A DNA stretch of 63,220 nucleotides, counting the filler, from Octopus bimaculoides (taxonomy: Eukaryota): assembly GCF_001194135.2 (NCBI RefSeq). It is 9 parts of 8 records of this genome, joined end to end, with 100 filler letters (N's around TTAATTAATTAA, not from the genome) between each part and the next. Parts side by side here need not be neighbours in the genome. Positions count along the whole stretch, not along the records: positions 1 to 13,360 come from NC_068989.1; 8 more parts are not named here. One strand, written 5' to 3'. Shown here piece after piece: positions 1-12,269 of this stretch; position 1 is the stretch's first letter; every line of letters starts with the position of its first letter. The translations under genes were made by a program, and so were the position numbers. The notes under the pieces are model-generated. The model made no database searches and was not told the DNA's origin. It saw nothing but the letters and a program-made list of their open reading frames with translations.

Positions 1-33
1 ATATACATATATATACACATATATGCATATTTG

Positions 34-65
<32 letters not shown>

Positions 66-1455
66 CACAAATATGTATATATATGTATATATATATGCCT
101 TTGTAGTTACATACATACATACAGACATGCATACACACACACACTTATATATATTTGTATGAACATATGTGCAAAGAACAGATATACAAATAGATATTTA
201 TATGTATCCAAATACATAACTATGAACACATACATGCATCCACATCTTCCCCGTCCACACACACACGCACAGATATACGCATACGCACATAATCCTTTCT
301 CTGAGTCGTTATCAATGTTTTTGGCTGAGCGGATGGGGTAGACGTTACTTAATTTAGCCATTCACATTTTATAAGTTACCCTCAACCTTTTTTTCCCCAT
401 AACAATCCATCCATCTATCGTTTTGTTAAAACAATAAATACATAAATAAATGAGTATGTAAATAGCTAAAGCCTTCTACCCTAAAAGTCAAAAACAAAAA
501 CAAAGCAAATAGTGCTGCTTCAATACTATCGTTAACCAACCTGGATTTGAAATACATTCTGCCTATCTATCACCCATCTTTCATTTCTTTTAGACTTTTG
601 TCTCTCCGTATACCCAGTATCGCCGTCGTCGTTGTCGTCTTCGTTCTCACCACCACCACCACCACCACCACCACCACCACCNNNNNNNNNNNNNNNNNNN
701 NNNNNNNNNNNNNNNNNNNNNNNNNNNNNNNNNNNNNNNNNNNNNNNNNNNNNNNNNNNNNNNNNNNNNNNNNNNNNNNNNNNNNNNNNNNNNNNNNNNN
801 NNNNNNNNNNNNNNNNNNNNNNNNNNNNNNNNNNNNNNNNNNNNNNNNNNNNNNNNNNNNNNNNNNNNNNNNNNNNNNNNNNNNNNNNNNNNNNNNNNNN
901 NNNNNNNNNNNNNNNNNNNNNNNNNNNNNNNNNNNNNNNNNNNNNNNNNNNNNNNNNNNNNNNNNNNNNNNNNNNNNNNNNNNNNNNNNNNNNNNNNNNN
1001 NNNNNNNNNNNNNNNNNNNNNNNNNNNNNNNNNNNNNNNNNNNNNNNNNNNNNNNNNNNNNNNNNNNNNNNNNNNNNNNNNNNNNNNNNNNNNNNNNNNN
1101 NNNNNNNNNNNNNNNNNNNNNNNNNNNNNNNNNNNNNNNNNNNNNNNNNNNNNNNNNNNNNNNNNNNNNNNNNNNNNNNNNNNNNNNNNNNNNNNNNNNN
1201 NNNNNNNNNNNNNNNNNNNNNNNNNNNNNNNNNNNNNNNNNNNNNNNNNNNNNNNNNNNNNNNNNNNNNNNNNNNNNNNNNNNNNNNNNNNNNNNNNNNN
1301 NNNNNNNNNNNNNNNNNNNNNNNNNNNNNNNNNNNNNNNNNNNNNNNNNNNNNNNNNNNNNNNNNNNNNNNNNNNNNNNNNNNNNNNNNNNNNNNNNNNN
1401 NNNNNNNNCGTCATCATCATCATCATCATCATCATCGTCATCGTCATCATCATCG

Positions 1456-1490
<35 letters not shown>

Positions 1491-1638
1491 TTTGTCTTTA
1501 CCATCATCCACCACCACCACCATCATCATCCGCATCGTCATCGGCATCATCGCCATTGTCATCGTCATTGTCGTCGTCGTCGTCGTCGTCGTCATCATCG
1601 TCATCATCGTCATCCTTATCACCATGACCGTTACTACA

Positions 1639-1686
<48 letters not shown>

Positions 1687-2205
1687 GTCATCGTGATAAT
1701 CGAATTCATCACCACAACAAAGGAAGCAGCTACCATGACCACCACCACAAAATCCACCACCTTCACCATTATCACCACCATCATCACCGGCAAGGACACC
1801 ATCGGCATCACCATCTTACCATTCCACATAGTCTATCCTTTACAGTACATTTCCACCGTCATCTCAATCGTCTGGGTTATATTTAATACATAAATTCATG
1901 AATGTGCAAACGATTATCAAAAGATGTTTTTTTGCACGCCTTCCCTACACAAACACGCACGCACTTGCGCGCGCGCACACCTACACACATGCTCACACAC
2001 ATACACACACATACACACATACACACACATACACACATACACACATACACTCTCAAACTCGCAGACGAAGCTGTATTGATATTCACATAGATCTACAGTA
2101 AAATGTAACACAAGTTGACGCTCACACAGTCATACAATTATGCATACATATATACATAAATACACACATCCCAACATACATATCTATCTATCAATCTCTC
2201 TCTCA

Positions 2206-2237
<32 letters not shown>

Positions 2238-3068
2238 GCATATATGTAAATATTAAACACATGCTTATATTTATGTATTTGTATATGTATGTTTATATAT
2301 TTTTNNNNNNNNNNNNNNNNNNNNNNNNNNNNNNNNNNNNNNNNNNNNNNNNNNNNNNNNNNNNNNNNNNNNNNNNNNNNNNNNNNNNNNNNNNNNNNNN
2401 NNNNNNNNNNNNNNNNNNNNNNNNNNNNNNNNNNNNNNNNNNNNNNNNNNNNNNNNNNNNNNNNNNNNNNNNNNNNNNNNNNNNNNNNNNNNNNNNNNNN
2501 NNNNNNNNNNNNNNNNNNNNNNNNNNNNNNNNNNNNNNNNNNNNNNNNNNNNNNNNNNNNNNNNNNNNNNNNNNNNNNNNNNNNNNNNNNNNNNNNNNNN
2601 NNNNNNNNNNNNNNNNNNNNNNNNNNNNNNNNNNNNNNNNNNNNNNNNNNNNNNNNNNNNNNNNNNNNNNNNNNNNNNNNNNNNNNNNNNNNNNNNNNNN
2701 NNNNNNNNNNNNNNNNNNNNNNNNNNNNNNNNNNNNNNNNNNNNNNNNNNNNNNNNNNNNNNNNNNNNNNNNNNNNNNNNNNNNNNNNNNNNNNNNNNNN
2801 NNNNNNNNNNNNNNNNNNNNNNNNNNNNNNNNNNNNNNNNNNNNNNNNNNNNNNNNNNNNNNNNNNNNNNNNNNNNNNNNNNNNNNNNNNNNNNNNNNNN
2901 NNNNNNNNNNNNNNNNNNNNNNNNNNNNNNNNNNNNNNNNNNNNNNNNNNNNNNNNNNNNNNNNNNNNNNNNNNNNNNNNNNNNNNNNNNNNNNNNNNNN
3001 NNNNNNNNNNNNNNNNNNNNNNNNNNNNNNNNNNNNNNNNNNNNNNNNNNNNNNNNNNNNNATATATA

Positions 3069-3880
3069 TCAGGTCATCCCATAAGTTCTGTCCGAATTTG
3101 GAATAAAGAAAACAAGTGATCAAATGTTATATTTAATTGAAATTTAATCATCAATGTACTTTCCTTGATTATCTATGACTTCCTTCCATCTATTTACAAG
3201 CTTTTTAATCCCATCAAATGTAAAACTCCTTTGGTTTCAAAGCGAAGAACTCTGAAATGTCAGTTTCGACTTCCTCCTGGCTTGCAAAAGTTATGTCCCC
3301 CAAATGAATCTGTAAACTACGAAACAAATGGTAATCTGAAGGAGGAAGGTCGGGAGAAAAAGGTGGATGAAGAATTTTTTCCCAACTGAGCTCTTCGATC
3401 TTCTGTGATGTGATCTTTGCAGTGTGGGGCCGCGCTTTCTTCTGATGAAACATCACTCCTTTTCGATTCACTATAGCGGGTCTTTTTTTCTTCGAAGCTT
3501 GGTTCAAACGATCTAATTGCTGACAGTAGACTTGAGCATTGACTGTTGCATTAGGTGCTAACAATTCAAAGTGAATTACTCTTTTGCAATCCCACCAGAT
3601 AGAGAGAAGAACCTTTTTCCCATGCAGCTCTCTTCTCGGTTGTGGTTGAGCTTTTTACCTTTTACCAAGCCACTCTTTACGACGTTTAACATTTCGATAG
3701 AAGATCCATTTTTCATCATCAGTCACAAGTCTATTCAAAAAGGGTGAAATGAGTTCGCGAGAATGGAGAGAAGAGCAGATGTCAACTCGGAATTTGCGGT
3801 TGCTTTCGGACAATTCATGAGGCACCCATTTTCCAAGTTTTGGAACCTTTCCAAATTGTTGAAGATGACGATGAACAGTT
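3069..3880 (-). mobile_element. Mariner (DD34D-type) transposon, decayed; 3' two-thirds of the transposase plus right TIR, cut by an N gap
   Basis: Minus-strand translations give KWVPHELS, RLVTDDEKWIFY, HQKKARPHT and HPPFSPDLPPSDYHLFRSL, which are the mariner WVPHEL, TGDEKW, HDNARPH and YSPDLAPSD motifs. TA-flanked terminus TCAGGTCATCCCATAAG at 3069. Frameshifts and stops present. Confidence 0.95.
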
Positions 3881-4446
3881 NNNNNNNNNNNNNNNNNNNN
3901 NNNNNNNNNNNNNNNNNNNNNNNNNNNNNNNNNNNNNNNNNNNNNNNNNNNNNNNNNNNNNNNNNNNNNNNNNNNNNNNNNNNNNNNNNNNNNNNNNNNN
4001 NNNNNNNNNNNNNNNNNNNNNNNNNNNNNNNNNNNNNNNNNNNNNNNNNNNNNNNNNNNNNNNNNNNNNNNNNNNNNNNNNNNNNNNNNNNNNNNNNNNN
4101 NNNNNNNNNNNNNNNNNNNNNNNNNNNNNNNNNNNNNNNNNNNNNNNNNNNNNNNNNNNNNNNNNNNNNNNNNNNNNNNNNNNNNNNNNNNNNNNNNNNN
4201 NNNNNNNNNNNNNNNNNNNNNNNNNNNNNNNNNNNNNNNNNNNNNNNNNNNNNNNNNNNNNNNNNNNNNNNNNNNNNNNNNNNNNNNNNNNNNNNNNNNN
4301 NNNNNNNNNNNNNNNNNNNNNNNNNNNNNNNNNNNNNNNNNNNNNNNNNNNNNNNNNNNNNNNNNNNNNNNNNNNNNNNNNNNNNNNNNNNNNNNNNNNN
4401 NNNNNNNNNNNNNNNNNNNNNNNNNNNNNNNNNNNNNNNNNNNNNN

Positions 4447-4502
<56 letters not shown>

Positions 4503-5274
4503 GTATATATATATATTCATATATATATATTCATACATAGATGTATATGTCCATACATGTATGTATACATATCTATCTATCTATCTATCTTCATATATAT
4601 ATCTCTATGTATATATATATATATTATATACATAATGCATACATACATTCATACATACATACATGCATACACACATACATACATATAATAATCCAAATAA
4701 GATCAAGAAAGCGTTTAGTACATCCTTAGTGACCAGTTATAGCTGTTTCTGTTTTAATGGCGTTGCACGCAAAATTTCAATGTGGAAAGTTTCCCTTCAT
4801 CACCGACACAGTTCATAACGGTCATTTAACAGTTCACTTTGTCTTCATCATTTGGACCGCCTTGCATATTGATTTACTAACAGCATCATGCCATGACGAT
4901 GCAACTTCATTGTCAAATTCAGGTGGTTGCTGATGACATGTCACATTTTCTATTCTACTACTTCACTGTGTGTGTGTGAGTGTGTGTGTGCATGCAGGTA
5001 TGTGTGCGTGTGCTTCTGTGTCTTTGTGTTTCTGTTTGTCTTTCGTCACTTAACAACCGGTCGTGGTAGAAATTTGGTAGAAAGAAACTGATAGAATAAA
5101 ATACCAGGCCTAAAATTAAGCACCTGGCTAAAATATCTTAAGCATTTGCCCCATCGAGACCTCAAAGAATAAAAAAAAAACATATGTGCGCGCGTATCCA
5201 TCCATCCATCCATCCATCCATCCATCCATCCATACATACATACATACATACATTCATACATACATACATACATA

Positions 5275-5440
5275 CGTAATTGGAGCACTAGATTTTGTTA
5301 GTAAATGCTTAAAGGAGAATCTGGATAAACTGGGATTTTCAGAAAGAGAAATCGACCGGCTGATTCAAACATTACAAGTGCAATCTGTGAGTGGAGCAGT
5401 AAAAATATGCAAGACTTTTTCAATTTGTTTATGTTAACTA
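5275..5440 (+). mobile_element. 3' end fragment of an R2/R4/NeSL-like non-LTR retrotransposon (restriction-like endonuclease C-terminus)
   Basis: VIGALDFVSKCLKENLDKLGFSEREIDRLIQTLQVQSVSGAVKICKTF resembles the PIVIGALG...LQ.....G..KI.R.F end of REL-type LINE ORFs. It starts directly after an (ATAC)n tract. Confidence 0.7.
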
Positions 5441-5682
5441 CATCCCAAAGATGGAGCCTTGTCTCTTTGTTGGAAACCGGCTTCTTCCTCAGTGGAAGAT
5501 TCATAATAATTAAAAATAGAAGAGACATACATACATGCATGCACACACACATATGCGTATAAGAGAGAGAGAAGGAGGAGGAGAGATGGAAAGAGAGAGA
5601 GAGAGAGAGAAATAGAACGAGTGAGAGGGGGAGAGAGAAAGAGAGAGAGATGTTTGCATTTATATACATGTCTGTATATTTA

Positions 5683-5830
5683 CGAGGTTCGCTCAAAAAT
5701 ATCCGATCTTTAGGTATGAAAAAAGACAATTTTTTACATTTCATAAATTTTATTTAATCATCTTCAAAATACTCCCCTTGCGAGTTGACACACTTCTCCC
5801 AGTGGTTCTGCCATTGTAGATGTATCTCGT
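5683..5830 (-). mobile_element. Mariner 3' end fragment with TIR
   Basis: TA-CGAGGTTCGCTCAAAAATATCCG terminus. Minus strand encodes HWEKCVNSQGEYFEDD*, the typical mariner C-terminus. Confidence 0.85.
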
Positions 5831-6099
5831 CGGGTGATAAATAAATACAACTCGTTAAAATAGCTGTTCTGCAATGTAACTTCCCGTTTTGTAGAGAGAA
5901 AAGCAGCCAGACGGAGGAAATATCTTCATTTATATAGAAGATCAAAAATAAAATCACAGATGGCAAAAAGAGAAACGAACACACAATCCAGCAAGAAAGT
6001 ATTAGAAATAACCGTTAACAAATATGGATATATATATATATATATATACAAGAATAAGGGCAGGGAATCGTCAATTAATAATAGAATTAATAATTAACA

Positions 6100-6360
6100 A
6101 TTTTGCCAAGTAGTTCAGTATGAAAAAACCTTTATCGGTAAAACCATTTATCATCATAAATATACAGGGATTAGCATTGAGTTGCTTCTCCAACATACTG
6201 AAAAATTTAGAAATAGCAGTCAAAGAACTACTGATTCTAAACTACAAATTTTTCTCTAAACGGATGGCGATATTTATGACATATATCAATTATAGGATTT
6301 TATCAAGTAGCTACTATGTAAAAACCAATAAAGGTAAAAAATTAATACAAAGTATATAAT
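6100..6360 (+). pseudogene. Possible degenerate Penelope-like GIY-YIG endonuclease C-terminal remnant
   Basis: A broken frame gives EKTFIGKT...LLLQH... and ...DFIK*LLCKN, reminiscent of YIGQT...H and FIK..P.LN. It lies directly upstream of a long inverted repeat. Confidence 0.35.
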
Positions 6361-6598
6361 TTTATAAATATAATTATAAAATTGTAATAAGGGCAACTAC
6401 CAAGTAATGTCACATGCTACAAGAAGACCCCAAAATGGCTCTAAAACTACTTTATTTATGACATAACACTGAAAGCGAAGGAATGAACGAAAAAGATTTC
6501 TTGAAAAAGTAGTTTTAGAGCCATTTGGCGTCTTCTTCTAGCATGTGGCATTGCATTACTTGGTAGTTACCCTTATAATTTTATAATTATATTTATAA
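6361..6598. repeat. Foldback element with ~92-bp imperfect inverted arms (6361-6453 / 6506-6598) and a ~52-bp spacer
   Basis: TTATAAATATAATTATAAAATT..AAGGGCAACTACCAAGTAATG..CACATGCTACAAGAAGACCCCAAAATGGCTCTAAAACTACTTT is mirrored by its reverse complement. Confidence 0.9.
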
Positions 6599-6622
6599 AA
6601 TGATATACAAACATACAACCAT

Positions 6623-6694
<72 letters not shown>

Positions 6695-7105
6695 GTATAT
6701 ATAGTACGAGTATGAGTGCAAAAGTACTTTGTATGTAGTTATTCTGTCTCTCCGATATCTACGCTACTCATAAATGCAAACATTACAACTAGCAACTGGA
6801 ACGTGAACTGCAACTGCAACCACAATCTAAACCACACACCTCAACACCACCCACTTGTGTCTATCAATCAACGAATAATGAACTTCTGTTCTCATTCCAT
6901 TTAATTATGTATCAAACAAAAATCTGTAATCACTCCGCCACACCGCAAAAAATATGAACGGAATAAAATTAAAAAACAACAATCATTTGATTCTACTTTC
7001 ACTTTCCACCATTAATGTTCCTCTTTTCCCCGCTACCACGTCCGTCATTTTATGATAAACACACATGGACATTCACACACACACGCAAACATACACATAA
7101 ATGCT

Positions 7106-7149
<44 letters not shown>

Positions 7150-8108
7150 CACACAAACGTAAACACACTACTATCTCTTCCTTTTTCGGTTGAAAATCCC
7201 TTGTCTTTCATCATTTTAATATTTTTNNNNNNNNNNNNNNNNNNNNNNNNNNNNNNNNNNNNNNNNNNNNNNNNNNNNNNNNNNNNNNNNNNNNNNNNNN
7301 NNNNNNNNNNNNNNNNNNNNNNNNNNNNNNNNNNNNNNNNNNNNNNNNNNNNNNNNNNNNNNNNNNNNNNNNNNNNNNNNNNNNNNNNNNNNNNNNNNNN
7401 NNNNNNNNNNNNNNNNNNNNNNNNNNNNNNNNNNNNNNNNNNNNNNNNNNNNNNNNNNNNNNNNNNNNNNNNNNNNNNNNNNNNNNNNNNNNNNNNNNNN
7501 NNNNNNNNNNNNNNNNNNNNNNNNNNNNNNNNNNNNNNNNNNNNNNNNNNNNNNNNNNNNNNNNNNNNNNNNNNNNNNNNNNNNNNNNNNNNNNNNNNNN
7601 NNNNNNNNNNNNNNNNNNNNNNNNNNNNNNNNNNNNNNNNNNNNNNNNNNNNNNNNNNNNNNNNNNNNNNNNNNNNNNNNNNNNNNNNNNNNNNNNNNNN
7701 NNNNNNNNNNNNNNNNNNNNNNNNNNNNNNNNNNNNNNNNNNNNNNNNNNNNNNNNNNNNNNNNNNNNNNNNNNNNNNNNNNNNNNNNNNNNNNNNNNNN
7801 NNNNNNNNNNNNNNNNNNNNNNNNNNNNNNNNNNNNNNNNNNNNNNNNNNNNNNNNNNNNNNNNNNNNNNNNNNNNNNNNNNNNNNNNNNNNNNNNNNNN
7901 NNNNNNNNNNNNNNNNNNNNNNNNNNNNNNNNNNNNNNNNNNNNNNNNNNNNNNNNNNNNNNNNNNNNNNNNNNNNNNNNNNNNNNNNNNNNNNNNNNNN
8001 NNNNNNNNNNNNNNNNNNNNNNNTATATATACATACATATATATATACAACTATGTATATATACATATATGTATATACACGCATATATATGCCTATATAT
8101 ATACATGC

Positions 8109-8140
<32 letters not shown>

Positions 8141-8504
8141 TTACATACATATATATACATGCACACATGCAAACACACCTCATGCGTATATATTCATAAA
8201 TAGTTATTTAGTTATGTGTTCATTTATTCATTTTCTTTCGTCCGTTCACATTCACTTCATCTTTTCAACTTGAAGAATTTGTCTGTTCTCCCAGAAACAC
8301 ATGAATTTCAAATGATTCTCCCAACCTTCCCCTCTATTCTAGATTCTGGCCCCACAGTAAGGTTGGACATAATTTTGATGAACGTGTCGTTTGTTGTCTC
8401 TTAGTTTTTCCTCTCTGGTTGCATATCATTTCTCTGTTTCTGTCTCTCTGTCTCTCACTCTATCGGTCTCTGTCTGTCTGTCCATCTGTCTGCTTGTCTG
8501 TTTG

Positions 8505-8545
<41 letters not shown>

Positions 8546-8635
8546 GTCTGTCTGTCTGTCTGTCTGTCTGACTGGTATTTATTCTATCGGTCTCTCTTGC
8601 AGAACCGCTGAGTTACGGAGACGTGTATGCATTCC

Positions 8636-9125
8636 TGTACTCCATTGTCTCAATGCCTGTAATGTGGTACTCTTATGCCCTATTCTGTTTGGCCTGTTAA
8701 ACCTGTGTCCTATTGCACTTAGCATGGGACTTCCATGTGCTAATGTATTTAGCCTGTTACTCCTGTCTCTTTATGTGTTTAGCCTGGTGTCTCTTTTCCT
8801 AATGTATTTGGCCTAATACTCGTATATCCTCATGTATCTAGCCTGGTGCTTCTGTATCCCGGAGTATTTAGTCTGATACTTCTGTCCTAATGTATTTAAT
8901 CTGGTATCCCTGTATCCTAATTTATCTAACTCGGTGCTCTTATGTCCTAATGTTCTCAGCCTGATACTCCCTTGTTCTAATGTATTTAACCTGTGGCCTA
9001 ATGTGTTTGACCAGTGCTCCAGTGTCGTAATATATTTCAGCTAGTACTCCACTGTCTAATGTATGTCTCCAATATCATAATGTTATTTTGTCAGGTATTC
9101 CAGTGTTCTAATATATTTATTCCAG
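8636..9125. repeat. Degenerate minisatellite, ~30-bp period, ~16 copies
   Basis: Consensus approximately GGTACTCCTGTGTCCTAATGTATTTAGCCT. Most units are exactly 30 nt, a few are 28, 29 or 21 nt. Confidence 0.85.
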
Positions 9126-9128
9126 TAA

Positions 9129-9333
9129 GGCGGCGAGCTGACAGAAACATTAGCACGCCGGGCGAAATGCTGAGCGGTATTTCGTCTGTCTTTACCTTCT
9201 GAGTTCAAATCCGCCGAGGTCGACTATGCTTTCATCCTTTCGATAAATTAAATACCAGTTGCGTACTGTGGTAGAACTAATCGACTACCCCCCTCCCCCA
9301 CAAAAAAACCTTGTGCTTAGAGTAGAAAAGAAT
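9129..9333 (+). mobile_element. SINE family C (GGCGGCGAGCTGGCAGAA head; GAGGTCGACTTTGCCTTTCATCCTTTCGGGGTCGATAAATTAAGTACCAG core)
   Basis: Same core recurs at 21040-21215, 29845-30046(-), 40045-40238, 47480-47578(-), 54168-54334, 59884-60032(-) and 61290-61450(-). Confidence 0.9.
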
Positions 9334-9591
9334 ATAGTGTATTGGGATAATACGTTAGTATCCTAACGTATTATCCTAATATTCCAATATCTTAATGCAT
9401 TTGATTCGTCCGTTACTCCAGACTCCAAATCCTCTGTTCTGTACTAATCTCTATTAACACTTTTGAACATGTAAACTGATAAGTTTAATAGAACATAAGA
9501 CGTTGGTATATTTGATCTAGCTGCTTATGTGCACACTGGACCTGCTAGAAATAATAACCAAATTTGTTCCACTTACACCCTATCATCTTAG

Positions 9592-10432
9592 GTATCAGAT
9601 TGGGACAAAAGTTTTTTCGAATCATCACTGATGATTTTTGGCGAGTTGTGTCTCCATGTTAAATCATTAATTTGATATAACCCATCTAATCGTTGCTGAA
9701 TTGCTTATTTTTTAAAAATATTTTTAACAAACATTAATTGCTTATTCTCTATTTTACAGTTTCAATAATGTGAAATGAAAAAATGCAATAAGAGCCATTT
9801 TACACTACCTTGGAAAAAAAAAAGGACAGAGATTAAGAGCAGCAGCAAAAGAAATTAATGATGTGGGAGGCCCAGTCAACAAAACTGGTTCAGATGTTTC
9901 AAGGAAAGTGACACTAGTTTCGTAGACTAACCAAGGTCAAAGAGACCTGCTGTGAAAGATGAAGTTTTACTTGAAATCGGTGAACAACAGCCAAGCACAA
10001 GCACTCCTAAATTGCTGGCAGAACTCGTTCCTTCACAAGTACCATCAATCGACACCTTTATACGCTCAGCTTTGTGAACAAACGTTGTCAAGAGGTTCCT
10101 TATGAATTGACCAATGATCGGACTCAACGATGTGTGAACTTTTGCAAACTACAGCTGACAAATCCACGAAATGCTCGTTTTGGATGTCGAATTGAAACTG
10201 AGGATAAAAAATGGACCTATTTTCTTAATTCTAATAAGAGTAATCTGTGGATTCGCTCTTTCCAGGCCTCATAACCTGTAATCAAACAAGGGCGGTTTGA
10301 ACAGAAGGTCAAGTATATTTGGTGGAATTTCGAGGGAGTGTCGCACTTTGAGCTTGTCCCAGATGCTCATATTGTGAATGCTGACCATTATGCTCAACAA
10401 CTGCAACGAGTATATGATGCTTTGAAACCTTG
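9592..10432 (+). mobile_element. Mariner transposon, decayed, 3'-truncated
   Basis: TA-TCAGATTGGGACAAAAG terminus. Broken frames give WFRCFKESDTSFVD*PRSKRP (HTH region), EVPYELT, RIETEDKKWTYF and IWWNFEGVSHFELVPDAHIVNADHYAQQLQRV. Confidence 0.9.
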
Positions 10433-11271
10433 TCTGTTAATATTGTTTTATACAAACAAGAATGCACAGAGATAACGGGTTAGCTATCTCAGACAATATT
10501 AGTGGATGCAGTCTAGACAAAATAAAGAAAGATTTAATAAGTAGTTTTAAAGAGTTAAGACTTAGAATGACGCTGTTCATGAATGTAAGAATATAGTTTT
10601 AGATATAGGCTTAGATTTACACGCAAGCAAAGGCTAATATATATCGGAAGAAATTTCAACAAACCTGCTTTTATCTTTAATAACATAAAGATGATGTAAA
10701 TGAATGAATTTTCAATATATTTTCGGACAACATAACTGTCGACAGAGCAACCAAACTTTTCTACAGTTTAGTCAGAGAACGAAAGGCAGTGCTCAATGAC
10801 TTTGAGGTTACTTGTGAGGTTTAGGAACGGAATTATTCTCAAACCTGAGACTTGCCCGGAATGGCAGCAAAAGATTTAACTTCATTAAAAACACTCGACG
10901 ACCAGGTGGTGGTGTTAACCTTAGAGACGGATTAAGTGGACCAACGCAAAGACACATAATGCAAAGAGCTAGATCAAATACTTCAAGGTGACTCATCTGA
11001 TGCTCTAACGATTCTTTCAATTCACAGACATTGGTTGGTGCTTTTCTTTATTAATCTCTGAAAGGAAGAAATGCAAAGTTGACCGCGGTGCTATTTGAAC
11101 TCAGTGCTCGGTATGTTGGAACACATGCAACATATCTTCTAATCATTCTACCAGTTCATCACTAATAACTACAATATGGCCAAAAAGAATGGTGGCTAGA
11201 AAGAATAAAAATTAGTTTCAAATCCAAAGGTGAGCAATCTGTCACAACAATAGATGAAGACTACCTGTCTT

Positions 11272-11659
11272 GTTGTTGTTGGCACTCCGTCGCTTACGAC
11301 GTCGAGGGTTCCAGCTGATCCGATCAACGGAACAGCCTGCTCGTGAAATTAACGTGCAAGTGGCTGAGCACTCCACAGACACATGTACCCTTAACGTAGT
11401 TCTCAGGGATATTCAACGTGACACAGTGTGATGTGACAAGGCTGACCCTTTGAATTACAGGCACAACAGAAACAGGAAGTAAGAGTGAGAGAAAGTTGTG
11501 GTGAAAGAGTAGCAGTGTTCGCCACCATCCCCTGCCGGAGCCTCGTGGAGCTTTAGGTGTCTTCGCTCAATAAACACTCACAACGCCCGGTCTGGGAATC
11601 GAAACCGCGATCCTATGACCGCGAGTCCGCTGCCCTAACCACTGGGTCATTGCGCCTCC
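11272..11659 (-). mobile_element. Full-length tRNA-derived SINE family A (tRNA-Arg-like head), 12-bp TSD
   Basis: Head GGAGGCGCAATGACCCAGTGGTTAGGGCAGCGGACTCGCGGTCATAGGATCGCGGTTTCGATTCCC has Pol III A/B-box-like sequence, and the tail is (CAA)n. TSD ACTACCTGTCTT at 11260-11271 and 11660-11671. Other copies at 17848-18207(-), 38833-39206(+), 45060-45255(-) and 54545-54825(+). Confidence 0.95.
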
Positions 11660-11699
11660 ACTACCTGTCTTAAAACCTGTTAACATTTACTATGTGCCT

Positions 11700-12000
11700 C
11701 TCAATTATAACTGTAATTCTGAATATGTGAAGAACAACCGAAGAGCCGCTACACGCGACACAATTTCACGTGTAAATTTTGAAAAGGCAAGAATATCAAA
11801 GCATTACCAAGCTACGCATCATAAATAAAAGTACTTCCATTTTAAAATCTCATTACTTAAATTTGTCAACAGCAAATAATACATTAATGGAAGGACAATC
11901 TGAAACTGTTCAAGTAAAAAAACAAAAAACAAAAAAAAAACAGCAAAACAAAATTTTAGCTGAAGCTGCAAACATTCTAAATAGTGAAGTGCCACAATGA
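11700..12000 (+). pseudogene. Degenerate Penelope-like GIY-YIG endonuclease remnant, interrupted upstream by the SINE
   Basis: ICEEQPKSRYTRHNFTCKF*KGKNIKALPSYA resembles YIG.TE..FK.RY..H..SF...KNST.LSKY, and ILAEAANILNSE resembles ...LLNKRSE. Confidence 0.45.
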
Positions 12001-12087
12001 GAATAAGATTAGGATCTAATTATTAACAAAATATTGTAAAGGGAGTAGTCTGTCAGCCATAGATAGCTTCTCTGCCGGTGGCTTACC

Positions 12088-12269
12088 TCTTTACTCTTTT
12101 CTCTTTTACTCTTTTACTTGTTTCAGTCATTTGACTGCGGCCATGCTGGAGCACCGCCTTTAGTCGAGAAAATCGACCCCAGGACTTATTCTTTGTAAGC
12201 TTAATACTTATTCTATCGGTCTCTTTTTGCCGAACCGCTAAGTTACGGGGACGTAAACACACCAGCATC
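12088..12269 (-). mobile_element. SINE family B, 3' portion
   Basis: Reverse complement of CCCCGTAACTTAGCGGTTCGGCAAAAAGAGACCGATAGAATAAG...GCGGTGCTCCAGCATGGCCGCAGTCAAATGACTGAAACAAGTAAAAGAG matches the full copy at 42257-42680. Confidence 0.9.

Noticed and set aside
11600-11659. tRNA genes (also at 38833, 40556, 45190 and 54545)
   Set aside because: The tRNA-like heads run into shared SINE bodies and are flanked by TSDs, with no acceptor-stem closure.
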